A DNA stretch of 64,000 nt from Hydrolagus affinis (taxonomy: Eukaryota): NCBI GenBank assembly GCA_012026655.1, contig JAAILG010001248.1, forward strand, positions 1 through 64,000. Direction: 5' to 3'. The notes under the pieces are model-generated. The model was not told the origin of the DNA, did not search any database, and saw only the letters and a list, made by a program, of their open reading frames with translations. The position numbers and the translations under genes are program-made. This document shows positions 52,146 to 64,000 of this stretch, in pieces (position 1 is the stretch's first letter; each line of letters starts with the position of its first letter).

Positions 52146-53085
52146 ACACTTGAAATATCCCTTTTTGAAAAAGCGCAGTTCTTTATTAACCGACAGCTTG
52201 ATGGACAGCAACTGAGGAATTCTGCAAATGGAGCCTGAAGGATATTAATAAAGAGCAGACCACACAATCACCTTGTTAAGGACATGTTTTGGACAGAAGT
52301 GGGGTACGTGAAGCGTTATTTCAGTATTACAAAAAGATGACAGATTGACATGTTCCATTTTATAGGTAGCTTTTGGTTCCTAAAAGAAACAGTAAAGGGC
52401 TTCAAAGAATTGCTTTGTTTAAAAAATAGAAGTAGCAGAGTGGAAGACTAAGAGCAAAAGGAATCCGCATAAAAAAATATTGTACACTGTCAGGGCTAAA
52501 TAATTAGTGTCCGTACATTGGTGAAACATCACATTTTGAACACAGTTAAAAATAAATCCCAGTAATCATACGTTGCTCTTTTGTAATTCCATGAACACTT
52601 TGAAATGAATGTTTTCAGCAAGGATGGAGCGAATTGGTCTCAAAAGCCAAAGTAAATATTGGCTTCTGACTCGTCCAGACACTTAGCAGCAGAACTATAA
52701 GAACTCAAGACATTAATTCACAGATCAAGATCCGCCACAATAAAAGCGGACTCGCGTTTATCAAGGAGTGCGGACGTATTTTATGATCCGACTCGTGGGA
52801 TTAAATGAAAGCTTCTGGAGAGGAGAAAGCAATTTGATATTCTGTCTGAATAAATAAAATGAAGTACAGACTATTACATAACAAAATGGATGCTTTCAAG
52901 GGAAGTGGTTGGCACCACAGGACTCGGTCAATTTCACCAAATACAGGTATTCAGAGTTTATTGAGTTTAAGACTTTATTTTTCCTCCTTTGCCTGCAGCA
53001 GGATATAATAATAATCCTTGCCTTTGGTATAGTACCTTTGAAATCTGGAGGGTGTCCCAAAGCGCCTCAAAGGATTGACCTCAAA

Positions 53086-53217
53086 GGATCTATCGATCGG
53101 TCGGTCGGTCTGTCTATCTATCGATCTATCGATCTGTTGATCGATCTATCGATCGATCTATCGGTCTCTCTGTCCGTCGGTCGGTCCGGTCCCGTCCGTC
53201 CCGTCGATCGATCTATC
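53086..53217. repeat. Compound tetranucleotide microsatellite (TCTA/TCGA/TCGG/TCCG)
   Basis: gatctatcgatcggtcggtcggtctgtctatctatcgatctatcgatc... Confidence 0.85.
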
Positions 53218-54439
53218 ACTCCTCCACATTTTGTCATTTTTTTGTGTGTCTGCACACTAGAAATCCATCATCAATCTTAAGAATATCCAAACCAAGTTTC
53301 ATCATTCAATGTTTACAAAGTAAATTTCCAATCGATACTCCTTCCTCCCCAAACAATCCAATCAATATAAATCTGTGTCTTCATCCTTACATTTAAATCC
53401 TTCCACGGCTTTGCCTATCTTATCTCTGCAACCTCCTGGAACTCTACCCACCATCCTGGTCTCTCCCTAAATCAGCGAATAACAGCCTCCCCCATCTAAC
53501 ACACTACACCATCAGCCATTCTGCTCCTGCTCCCTGGAACTCCATCCCGGAGTCCCTCTGCCTCGATCCTCTCTCCCCACCTTTCAACCCTATCTCCAGA
53601 CACTTCTTTTGGGACCATCCTTATTCACGTCTCCACCCTCCACACTCCCTTTCTCCCTCGAACCCAGCTTGTAGATAAAAGCAACAACCAAATTCTACAC
53701 AGCAATATCCCATAAAAAGCCATGACATGAATGCGGGTTTTATTGGGGGATTATTGGCCATGTCACCAGGAGAAACTATCTTCTCGATTTGAATAGAACC
53801 ATGAGATTTTTAACTCCAACTGGAAAGTGAGCCAGGACCTCAGTTTAACAATTTAATCTCATCTGGGTTCGGAATCCCATTGTGGACGTTAAACCCACAG
53901 CTTTCTCACTCAGAGGCAATTTGTCACCAGCTGAGCCAGGTAAAGACACGTTGTCAATGGCACCTTATTATTCATTAATGTTTATCCGCCTTCCCCGACA
54001 CTTTGATCTATTTACTTCAACCCTGAAACACATTGAAGCTTGACAAAGTCAGGCAAACAAGATGAAAAGGTGTTTTAACTTAACTAACAATACTAATAAT
54101 TAATTAATATTATTAATAGTATATTTAATGGCAACTATCCACTTTTTATTTCATTGTGTTAAAAATATTAACCAGGTATCTAATTTAAACAGATCTTGGA
54201 TTTGTACTTTGCCCAATATTAGAACGATGGCAATTACTGTCTGGTATTTACTTTAAAAACAAATTCTTTGGACATTAAATGCAGGTAATAAGTACAGGAT
54301 AATAGACGTCTGGCAGTGAGTTACAAGACAGTACTTCAACGACACTGATCACATCAACAGACCCTCCCTCTCCCCCTACCACAGTCTGAATTACTTCCCT
54401 AAACTTAGTGCCAGATGTCTATACTTTGATTATTATGTC

Positions 54440-55838
54440 AAGCTTCTAATTGTTTTAACCAGCATGGAAACTGCTCTGGTCAAAGTCACAAACGATATCC
54501 TAACCATTTGTGACCAGGGCTCTCCTCGTCCTCCTCGACCTGTCCGCCACCTTCGATACCGTGGACCACTCAATCCTCCTCCACCTAAACCTTCAAGTTT
54601 CTGTCCTTGATTGGTTCTGGTCCTATCTTTCACACATCTCCATTTTGTGTCTGCCAACAGCTTTTCCTCTATCCCCCGCACTGTCTCGTGTGGCGTTCCT
54701 CAGGGCTCTGTTTTTGGTCCCCTCCTCTTCACCCTCTACATGCTCCCCTTCGATGACATCATCCACAGACATGGGGTAAATTGCCACATGTACACGGATG
54801 ACACCAAACTCTAACTTTCCGCTTCGACCCTCAACTCTAGGACAACTGGCGTCCTGACTGCCTGCCTGTCTGACATCGAGTTCTGGATGAGGGCAACTTT
54901 CTCCAGTTGAATGTCCGCAAGACTGAGACCCTCCTGATTGGCCCATGTCAGTGCCTCTGCATCTCAGGCGCTGGCAGCATCAGCATCCAAGGCTGTACTC
55001 TCCACCTCTCAAAGCCAGTCAGGAACCTGGGCGTCTTGAACTGTCCTTCCTCCCCCACATCCACACCATGACCAGTACTGCCTTCCACCACCTTCGCAAC
55101 ATCGCAAGACTCCACTACTGCCTCACCCACAGGCTGCTAAAACCCTTGTCCACTCATTCGTCACATCAAGGCTCGACTATGGAAACTCCCTCCTCATCAG
55201 TCTTCTTGGTTCTTCCCTTCACAAGCTGCAGATCATCCAGAACTCTGCAGCTCCTCTCTCACAGCAAGTGCTGTGACCATAACATTCCCACCCTCGCCTA
55301 GCTCCATTGGCTCACCATCCCCCATAGCATCCCCCAAATTCAAGATCCTCGTCCTCACTTTCAAGGCCATTCATTTCCTTGGCCCCTCCTACAACAACAA
55401 CAAAATTGCACTTATAAAGCGCCTTTCACATCGGGAGGATGTCCCAAAGCGCTGATGTCTCCAACCTGCTATCTTCCTATGAACCTGCCCACCCACTCCA
55501 TTCAGCGGGCTCCAGTCTGCTCCATGTCCCCCCGCCCAACCCATCCTACCATCAGCGGACGGGCTTTCAGCCTTTCTGCCCCACACTCTGGAACTCCATC
55601 CCACACTCCCTTTGCCTTGCTTCATCCCTTTCCTCGTTCAAGTCCGGTCTCACGACCCTTCTGTTCGATCATGCCTTCTGCTGCCCTCCCAACTCTCTCC
55701 CTCCCCTCCTCACTCTCTCCCTCCCCTTCCCCCTAATCTGCCCCTCCACCTTGCTCGGGTCCCGACCTGATGGTCCCAACATCTTGGGACGTCCTCCCGA
55801 CATGAAAGATGCTCTGTAAATGTAATTTTGTTGTTGTT
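54440..55838 (+). mobile_element. L2 LINE RT-to-3' fragment (about 1.4 kb, tail type B)
   Basis: [60 protein letters not shown]; frameshifted; (GTT)n tail. Confidence 0.93.
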
Positions 55839-56769
55839 TTATGCAATGGTACAACATTTCTCCCACAAAATAGTCAATTCAGTCTACAAAATACGGTCAT
55901 TCTGTGAAGTGCGCTTTGAGACATCTCAGCAACATGATATGGCGCTATATTAAAAGAATTATTATTAGTGCAATGGTAACAGAAGCAACAGTGACACAGG
56001 CCTCACCATGTACAATAGCAATTGTAGGGTGTTAAAAAACGGTGATTTCACACAGGGTTTGTAAATGAGGACTCCAAGCAGGGATTCTTGCTTTCTAACC
56101 AGAAGGCTGTGAACAGATATTAGTTTTCTTTTAATAAATTACACACTGAAAATAGATATCGAGTCAGAGCAGAGTTCCCACCAGTCAACATAAAGTACTT
56201 TGGGAGTCCTTCATTAAGGAATCCTGTTTGAAATCATCAAGGTTTAGACATCAATATGTTCTATGTTGTTATTTACGAGGAAAAACGTAAATATAATATT
56301 AGAGCAAATCATATGCCATATATTAAGGAAACATATATTGCTCCCTACTGTGGAAAAATAACCCACACTTTGTAAGTACTGTATTATATTGGTATGAAGC
56401 TCTGCATGTCAAAGTTTAGTAACACTTTAGTGATGTTCACTTCTAACTTAGCTCCTCAGTGTGCTACATGCCACCCTTTCGCTCCCCCCCACCCTCCCCC
56501 ACTCCAACTCCCCCCACACAGAGCACTGCCCCTCCCTGTGGGGTGTCTGTAGCACACTGAGGAGCAATGCTGTAATGGGAAATGTCACTGTTGGCCAACC
56601 CTGCCAAAGGTGGTGCACTCGATTTGTACCCACGTATCGTTATACTGATATTTGACGAGAATTTACAGACAGTAGTTACGGGAAAACAATTCTTATTTAA
56701 AAATTCCAAGTAGAAATGACTGTGAATTCTGGTTATAAGGAGAGTCTGCATTCTGACTACAGTACATAC

Positions 56770-56889
56770 CTACACATTGGCCATTTCTGCTTTTGTAGCC
56801 ATCTGGGCAAGGCATGCACTCGTAAGTGCCAGGACTGTTAATGCACGTACCAGACGGACATATGTTTGAATTCTGGCATTCATCAATGT
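56770..56889 (-). CDS. LTBP1: LTBP1 cbEGF exon ([40 protein letters not shown])
   Basis: 120 nt; tcacag| ... |gtatgt; translated by hand, not in ORF track. Confidence 0.95.
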   Translation of the reverse strand, partial: TLMNARIQTYVRLVRALTVLALTSACLAQMATKAEMANV

Positions 56890-58005
56890 CTGTGAATTTA
56901 AAAAAAAAAGGGTAAATTTAAAACCTAGGCCACAGTCAAAAGAAATTTCAAGTTCAGTTTTATGGCTGTAAATAACGTTTTAAAAAAACGGGTTGACACT
57001 TTTTTTTCTGGTGAAGACAGCATAGCTTTTGCCTTACTGTTCAAATTACTGTTGGAATGCTCAGAAACTAAACTCAAATTTAAAATATACAACATTATTC
57101 TCCCACAATCTTTGACAATAATTTCCAGTGATCTTGTGAGACAGGCTCGAGTGTTTAAGCGTAATACATACAATCATGCAGAATTACTCATTGTTTGGGG
57201 CTGACATCAGGTGGTCAACATTACAATGCAGGCATTTTGGACAATGAGCTGTGCAATGAGCCAGAGTTGTGAGAACTTTGACACCCCCACCCCCTACATT
57301 TTTATTTTCTGGAGGCCCAGCTATATAAGTTGTGATTCATCACTCAGTTGATATGGAGGCTGGAATGTTTTCAGCCAACTGTGCACAGGACTCCTTTGAA
57401 ACAAGCCCACTCTTTGACAATTAACAAAGTATATCCTTTTGCTTTTTTGAAGGCAGTGGAGATGAGAGGATAATTTAGTTCCTTAATAATGACAGGGTGT
57501 GAGTATTTGGGGATGGGCTTCACATAACCACTGAAGTATTTGTTTTGGCACCAGAGCCTCCCCACACACTTGTGTTTTTGATTTCATAACTGGCGTTGGA
57601 TTACTTGCATGTATATTGTTTTTGCTAATTTTCTCCTCTTCTCTCCCTCCACTCCTCAAGACCTTGACTCATTGTTGGGATATGGTCCCGCAGGATAGCT
57701 GCCCACCAGCACCTCGCCCAAGTGAGCCAGACATTCTTCTTCCAGCGAACATGGACAGTGAGTGCCGGCACACAATGGAACAGCAGGAAGCATAACCAAG
57801 CCTCGTTTTGGCCTCATACAGATATTGTCCACCAACCTCTAAAGTGGCTCTAGAGAGCTTTGACTGGGATGCAAAACTGGGATCGCCTTGTCTTTTTGAC
57901 CCGGTACTTTTTACTCACTAGACATTCAGGGGTGAAACATTCACTACTTTAGGTGTAAAATACGTATCAAAGAGAAGGTTGAAATAAAGCTGATTAAAGA
58001 CTCAC

Positions 58006-58125
58006 CTACACATTGGCCTCTATCCATCCTATATCCAGCATCACAGTACTCACACCTGTAGGAGCCTAAGGTGTTGATGCAAAGTCCTTCTCCACAGATG
58101 ATGGGTGTCAGGCACTCGTCAATAT
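58006..58125 (-). CDS. LTBP1: LTBP1 cbEGF exon ([40 protein letters not shown])
   Basis: 120 nt; ttccaag| ... |gtgagt; RCEYCD-GYRM motif typical of LTBP1. Confidence 0.95.
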
Positions 58126-58797
58126 CTTGGAAAGACATGAGGATTGATTAACATTGCTGGATTGTGCTAAAACACTGCAAGTCTGTAAGCCTACCACCTG
58201 AGTGCTCAGACAGTATCTAGTACCCACTGGTAAATCACAGTTGCGTCTAGATTTTGGATGGTCTAGATGGCACTTTAGAGCATCTGGAATTTGGCAAATT
58301 GTCAAATACAGATTCTCATTTTTCACATATGTTTTAAGAATGACAGGAAAACCGACATTAAGTTAAATCATGAATTCAACAATTTACCAAATTCTGTACG
58401 CCTTCAAACGCTGCATAAATTGAGATAGATCGAGACCCAGGTGGAATTCCGTCCCAGTGATTCCTAGATCTGTTGGTTTCTGCTGGGATGTGCACAGTGT
58501 GTGAGCAGAGCCTCCTCTCCTTTAAGAGGGGGCTGACCTCTCTTACCTAGACTCATACATGTGTTGGGAACTGATAGAAAGACAAAGAAGTAACTTTGGA
58601 AAATGTACACTGAGCAAAACAGATTCCCAGCTACAGTTAGCAGTTGCCGCATTTTTACCACTTTTACCTCGATTAAATCAGGTTTTACTGTTACGTCAGT
58701 GTACGACTGGAAGGTTTAGAGATATTGGAATCCATGTTAAAAAGCCCAATGAGATAGATCCACCTGTCCAGGAAGTCAAAGTAGTTGAGGATGTTAC

Positions 58798-58920
58798 CAA
58801 AGCATTGGGTTCCTCCATCTGACGCGTAGCCTTCATGACAAATGCATCGGAAGTTGCCCACCATGTTCTCACAGAATGCGTTGGTGCATGGTGTTGGGGT
58901 CACTGCACATTCGTCCAGGT
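58798..58920 (-). CDS. LTBP1: LTBP1 cbEGF exon (DLDECAVTPTPCTNAFCENMVGNFRCICHEGYASDGGTQCF)
   Basis: 123 nt; ttccag| ... |gtaaca; inside ORF 58691..58933. Confidence 0.95.
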
Positions 58921-59089
58921 CTGGAAAACACAATCACCCAATGTTTTCATGAGAATAGGTCAAACCATCAATTACTGCAGCCCTGAACAACAGCAATTGT
59001 GTAAATGGGGTAAGCTTAGTATTCAATTGTCTAGAACATGTGAAAGGCACTGTATCAAATGCAAGGATTATTATTATTATTGATGTAAT

Positions 59090-59310
59090 AATAATCCTTA
59101 CATGTGATATAGCCTTTCAAATCAGGAGAATATCTCAAAGTGCTTCACAGGTTATATAGTGAAGTGTAGTATCTGTGTTTTGTAGACAAATGCGGCAGCC
59201 AATTTACACACAGAAATGTCCCATAAACAAGCCACAAAATGAAAGATCAATTTTATCTGGGGTGGGGGGGGAGGGGGTGGTTGACCAAGACACACCAGGA
59301 GACACTCCCT
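59090..59310 (-). mobile_element. Deu-domain SINE fragment
   Basis: ataataatccttacatgtgatatag...gcggcagccaatttacacacagaaatgtcccataaac. Confidence 0.65.
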
Positions 59311-60547
59311 TCGCAAATAATTGCTGCCAAATACAGGGGCCGTGAGTCTGTTTGCAAACAATGGGGTGGGAATTAAAAATTGATAGCCGGAATGCAATGC
59401 TCTGGATTTGATGGACCGCTGACTCCCCATGATATAATAACATGTTGCTGCATCATGCCGAAATAAGTAACCTGTGGAATTTTGTTTGCAGTTTAATGGC
59501 AGATGTCTTCATTTTCTTCCCCAAATTCCTTTACGCTATCAGCACTCCCAAGTCGCTCTCCTCCACGAAGGGCGCAATATAAATGCAAGTTGTTGCTTTC
59601 ACAATAAAGAATTCTGTCCCACCTCTCTTTTTTCCAGCTGCCAGGCTTGAAATGCAGCATATTTGAATACATAAAAGGGCCATTATATTCTGGCTATTCA
59701 ATGGGAAAATTATCATTTATACAGACTGTTTGATCTGGTTTCTGGGAGCTGCAGCAGAGCCATCAATTGAATAAACTCTACCTTTTTGCACTCTTGTGGA
59801 CAAACATGTCTTGCCTTTGCAGTTAAGTGAGGCAGCTAAATGCCCGACTACACTTCATATCTCCCAGGTATGTTATACAGTTGAACTCCATTGCAACACA
59901 ATGGTTTGGGAGTGTAAAATCAAACCCAATGTGGCAGCTCACCTCCACCCTGTTACAAACCGTTGGTCAGGATTACATGAGGAAGCCTCCTGCATTTACA
60001 CTTTATGCGTAGAAAGCAAGCCTGTCAGCGCTGGGTTGCATATTTTATGTACCTATGTACCAAAAGGTTCTGACTGTATTTCACAAAGACTTAAGAAAAT
60101 ATAAAATGATACAAGGCCATTTAACCTACCAAAATCTCCTCCTTACTTGAAGACCAGGACAATCTTCCCTGTCAGACAGTTCACCACTCTAAGTCCTGGG
60201 ATTACATTCCTCAGATAGTCTCAGAACCCACATCGGTAATGAAGCAAAAATGTTATCCAGAATGTTATTCCAACCTCACACATATTAAACTCTTGACTTT
60301 CTCTCCCTTCTACTCCCCCCACATACAACAAAATCTCCTCCAGGTTTCTCACTCACCTGGTAGCACAAGAAAATGCATTGTCCCATGGAGAATTTGTCCA
60401 TTTCAACCTGCACCTGTCCCTATGTTCTCCAGTTCTCTTTCCCGAAGCTGGTTCTTACCTTACCTTCAATTCAGACACTTAAATGACAAAGTTCAAAGTA
60501 AATGCCATTTTGTGTAATATAATAGACTGTGAAATGTAAAGGCTCAC

Positions 60548-60673
60548 CGATACATCTTGTATCCTCAGTGCTGAGACGAAAGCCAGAGTCACAGTTACAC
60601 GTGTAGCCCTCTGGCAGATTGATGCACCGGCCTGGTCCACAGATTCTAGGGTTGACTGAACACTCGTTGATCT
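60548..60673 (-). CDS. LTBP1: LTBP1 cbEGF exon (EINECSVNPRICGPGRCINLPEGYTCNCDSGFRLSTEDTRCI)
   Basis: 126 nt; ttcccag| ... |gtgagc; 6 Cys and cbEGF consensus. Confidence 0.95.
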
Positions 60674-61549
60674 CTGGGAATGAAAGACAATCAATTTAAA
60701 CATAAACGAAAATGGTTAGAAATCCACATGTCTGTCACTAAACATCCCCCAACACCCTCCATGTGGTTTTCATCAATACAATAAATTGTTCCCTGGTAAA
60801 AAGGATTGTTCTAATTCTGTAACTATCAATCTGTTATGCTTTAAACAATTATATTGTTTATTCTTGCTTCATATTATACCTTAATATTAAACTGGAAACA
60901 CTGTTTTAACAATTATAACATGTCTTACAAGATTCATCTCCACATTCACCTGTAGAGTAGACTGCAACAGAGCACTCAGTGACATACTGGGACTAACACT
61001 GATCTCTAAACCAGCAATAGGTTCATAACAACTTTATAACAAGAAAATAATGTGACAGTGCTCAGTGTGAGGCAGACCCTAGTGACACTGGATCTAGAAC
61101 CATGGGTTATTTCACACATACAGTAATAACATTACATAACACCTTTGCATGTTGGAAAACATCTATAAAAAAAAGCTACAAATGAATGGAGTGGTACCCA
61201 AGGAGTATTTTTCACTCTAAAAGTACTATTGCTGCTCCACCATTGCTTTGTTAGGATCAGCAAACATGCCCGTCAACATTTGCATGTGCAGTTGTTAAGA
61301 GCCAGCACTAGGAGGTGATCTAAGACCTTATCTGGAATTATGTAAGAGCAGCAAAGGATGTCTGTTGCGCTCATGTAGATTGCTGTCACCTCGGCTTGTG
61401 AACACAAAACAACAACAACTTTGATTTATATAGCGCCCCATGCCGGACGGTGTCACAGAGCGCATGAAACATGTGAACAGTAAACAACAAACACCGGTGT
61501 TCTTTTTCAACTGAGATTGAATAAAACTAAAATATAATACAATTCCAGA

Positions 61550-61605
61550 ACTTCTGCTATAATTAAGCAAACATAAGTCTATGTTTGCTTAATTATAGCA
61601 GAAGT
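61550..61605. repeat. Perfect 26-bp inverted repeat with 4-nt spacer
   Basis: ACTTCTGCTATAATTAAGCAAACATA-agtc-TATGTTTGCTTAATTATAGCAGAAGT. Confidence 0.95.
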
Positions 61606-61839
61606 CTATTGATCTTCTACAGTAGTCAAACCAACTCTTATTTAACCATGTCCTTACTGAATTCCCACTGTAATAATTTAAGAGAATGATGAGTATTCCA
61701 GCAATTGCCCACATGACAATATATTTCAATATGTATACATTATTAATAATAATAAATTGATATATTATTACAGCCGAATATCTCAGAATCTTAAACTAGA
61801 TTGCATTTTAGGGGAGTTAAGCACATTCCAATCTAGTGG

Positions 61840-62130
61840 AGTAAAATTGAGCAGTATTAAAATTTAGTAGGATTACGATCAAAATGGATTAGGATTACAG
61901 AGGATTGGATTGAGGCAGATTACAATTGATCTGGAATAAAATTTGTCAAGATTAAAACTATTCAAACATTAAGATTAAAGTAGGTTAAATTGATTTGGAT
62001 TTAGGCAGAGATGTGCAACTTGCGCAAAATTGTTCAAAAGTGAGTTAGATTTAAGATTGCAGTGAGGTAGGATTAAAGGCAGTGATCTGGATTAAGAGTG
62101 AAATGGGTTGATTTGAGATGTAAGATTTGA
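61840..62130. repeat. Degenerate 5-bp periodic (GATTA/GGATT-like) tract
   Basis: ggattaggattacagaggattggattgaggcagattac...aagattaaa...agatttaagattg. Confidence 0.55.
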
Positions 62131-63685
62131 GTCTGTGTTACAGTGGGAACAAGTACAACTCAATAGATGAATTTGAAAATGAGCCAAGCACAATAACCCA
62201 CTAGAAGAATGAATGGCAAGAGCACGAAGGGTAGTAAGCGATTCCATTCTTATCAGAACTACTCTGGGAACTGCTGTGAGTGACAGATGAAATGCTGTTC
62301 AAGCTGCTGTACCAATTGGGAGGAATGCAAATAATAGTGCCACCAGTTACTGGGCCACACAAGTTGGCTGCAGTATACACAAGGCTAGAATTTCATGGTA
62401 ATTGCACTCTCCCATGGAAACCCCAGAAATGGAGTGCCAGCACAGAGGGTATTTTAGAACGAGTGGAAAAAGGACCCCACCCTTCACCCATCCCTCGCTC
62501 CACATATATCTCGTAAATTCAGACCTGCATCACAGCTTCTTAGAGGTGACTTCTTAAAATGCTAAATTTATCTAAAACGATTGTCTCACAAAAGGCTCTG
62601 AAACATGTGTGCTCTGCAGTCAAAATAATCCTGGCCTTTGTTACAGTCATATAATGTCTCAAGGCGATTCCCAAAAGCAAGTTACTTTTTTTAAGTGCAG
62701 TGACTGTAGGCAAAAACAGCAGTTAATCTGCCCCACAGGGTAAGGGATAGGGCGTTTATGTAGTTTAGTGTTCATGTGTTTGTTAAAACGTTAAACTGAG
62801 TGCTTTATTCTGTGCGGGTGGCCTCACAATGCTATGGATAGAGCAGGGGATGGAAACAGTGGCTGTCTTTGCCACTCAGGTCAAAGTATTTGATAGGATA
62901 GGAAGGCAACACATTAAATGCTTAATTGATAGGGTTGCCCTCAAAATTTCCAGGATCGAAATTCATCTAATGAGATTAAATCCTTAAAGACAAAACTTTA
63001 TTTTATCTTTAAATACACATTGCTGAGGATGTTTAATCGGAAACCATATCTCGAGAACCAATTTGATTACTTTAGTAATCCTGTTGCTTATTATAGGCTG
63101 ACACTAACTTTAAACATCCTTCACCTGTTTAGCTGTGGAAGGACAATGCTAAAAGCTGTAACACAAGGATGTTATATTTGCTTCAAAAGTAAACAAGACT
63201 ATTTTTAAAGAAACCCACCAGACAAAAATACATATGAGGAACATTAAAAGATATGAGGAGACATAGGTCTGTTAACTTTTTTGGTGCTTTGAAGGCAACA
63301 GAATCCTCCTAAGACACAATTTATGATGTTCCTACATTTGATGGAAAGTCCTATCCAGCACAATGAAGAAATGGCCTGGCAGAGTTATATGAACGCACCC
63401 ACGTTCAGGTTTCCTGTGTAAACCATTCAGCACTGAAAAGATCTGCTTAAATTTTCCTCTTCAAATGACAATTGTTTTTGAATTCTGGGGAAGTATGAAT
63501 ATCAGCTTCCTTTGATAATTGCCCTGGTCTCGGGCTTAACATTGTAACTGTAATAACAAAAAAGCCAATGTTTGTATGAATCTGAAATTCAGAAGAAGAT
63601 CTGTCAACCAATTTGGACAGACACATGAAATGAAACAAATTCCATGTTTCTTTAACCAATGCTAAAACTGCTACGTTTACTGTAC

Positions 63686-63787
63686 CTGCAACTTGAGTAG
63701 CTGCAATAAGATGGGGCAAGACACTGGGAGTGGAAACCTCAGGGGCAACGTGAACCGGTCCTGGTGGCGAGGTTTTCTCGATTACTT
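63686..63787 (-). CDS. LTBP1: LTBP1 exon, end of Pro-rich hinge (VIEKTSPPGPVHVAPEVSTPSVLPHLIAATQVA)
   Basis: 102 nt; tag| acceptor, |gtacag donor; resembles mammalian VIEKTSPPVPVEVAPE...IAPTQV. Confidence 0.9.
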
Positions 63788-64000
63788 CTACGTGACAAAA
63801 GGAACAAACACCTTATAAAACAACACAGAGGAGATACAAAGAAAACTACACAAGTCACCCAGCACCTAAATGAGAAACAAGGATAATATCTCAAGCCTGA
63901 CCGTCCATCAGAAATGAAGGTGTGGAGGAGAGGGCAAGTAACAAAATATCAGAAAGGAATTAAGAAATGTTTGCAGTTTCACTATTCCTCATGTCCCCTT

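Larger units (their letters stand above)
612..63787 (-). other. LTBP1: LTBP1 gene, partial (20 coding exons; 5' and 3' ends lie outside the window)
   Basis: Manually spliced minus-strand exons, all AG...GT, phase 1-1, lengths divisible by 3. They give hinge-(cbEGF)12-TB3-(cbEGF)3-TB4-linker. Motifs [58 protein letters not shown] and DYAQLCN match LTBP1 as I recall it. Confidence 0.95.

Noticed and set aside
52909-53280. 123-aa ORF with SIDR/SIDL repeats
   Set aside because: Read-through of a retroposon tail and a tetranucleotide microsatellite.
59259-59279. G-run clusters as functional G-quadruplexes (also 29744-29762)
   Set aside because: Short homopolymer-type expansions with no supporting context; function cannot be supported from sequence alone.
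612-63787. Assignment as LTBP2, LTBP3 or fibrillin
   Set aside because: The TB3 EIFP insertion, the hinge peptide [21 protein letters not shown] and DYAQLCN all match LTBP1; only two EGFs look LTBP2-like.
1-64000. CRISPR array, operon, retron or other prokaryotic system; autonomous RT gene
   Set aside because: No regularly spaced repeat-spacer array. RT motifs (19739-19905, 54440-54900) belong to frameshifted L2 fragments. No long ORF exists (track maximum 147 aa).

Overview
This is vertebrate genomic DNA. The repeat content (tRNA/Deu-domain SINEs, abundant L2 LINE tails, CR1 remnants) suggests a cartilaginous fish, possibly a chimaera; this taxonomy is inference. The whole window lies inside one minus-strand gene, LTBP1 (latent TGF-beta binding protein 1). 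I traced 20 GT-AG, phase 1-1 coding exons (2598 nt, about 866 codons): the end of the Pro-rich hinge, 12 tandem cbEGF domains, the TGF-beta-binding TB3 domain (with the diagnostic C-E-I-F-P-C insertion), 3 more cbEGFs, TB4 and the following linker. The gene continues beyond both window ends. Introns are filled with L2/CR1 fragments, SINEs, Tigger-type DNA elements and simple repeats. Nearly all ORFs in the supplied track are spurious or repeat-derived, and I see no prokaryotic-type system or CRISPR array. The best candidate novelty is architectural: an old tandem duplication of the cbEGF exon just before TB4 (two intact 141-nt exons, 29/47 aa identical), a possible mutually exclusive or extra-domain splice switch near the fibrillin-binding C-terminus. 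The gene also has two LTBP2-type cbEGF exons and apparently lacks one cbEGF of mammalian LTBP1. All comparisons with human proteins are from memory and need alignment.
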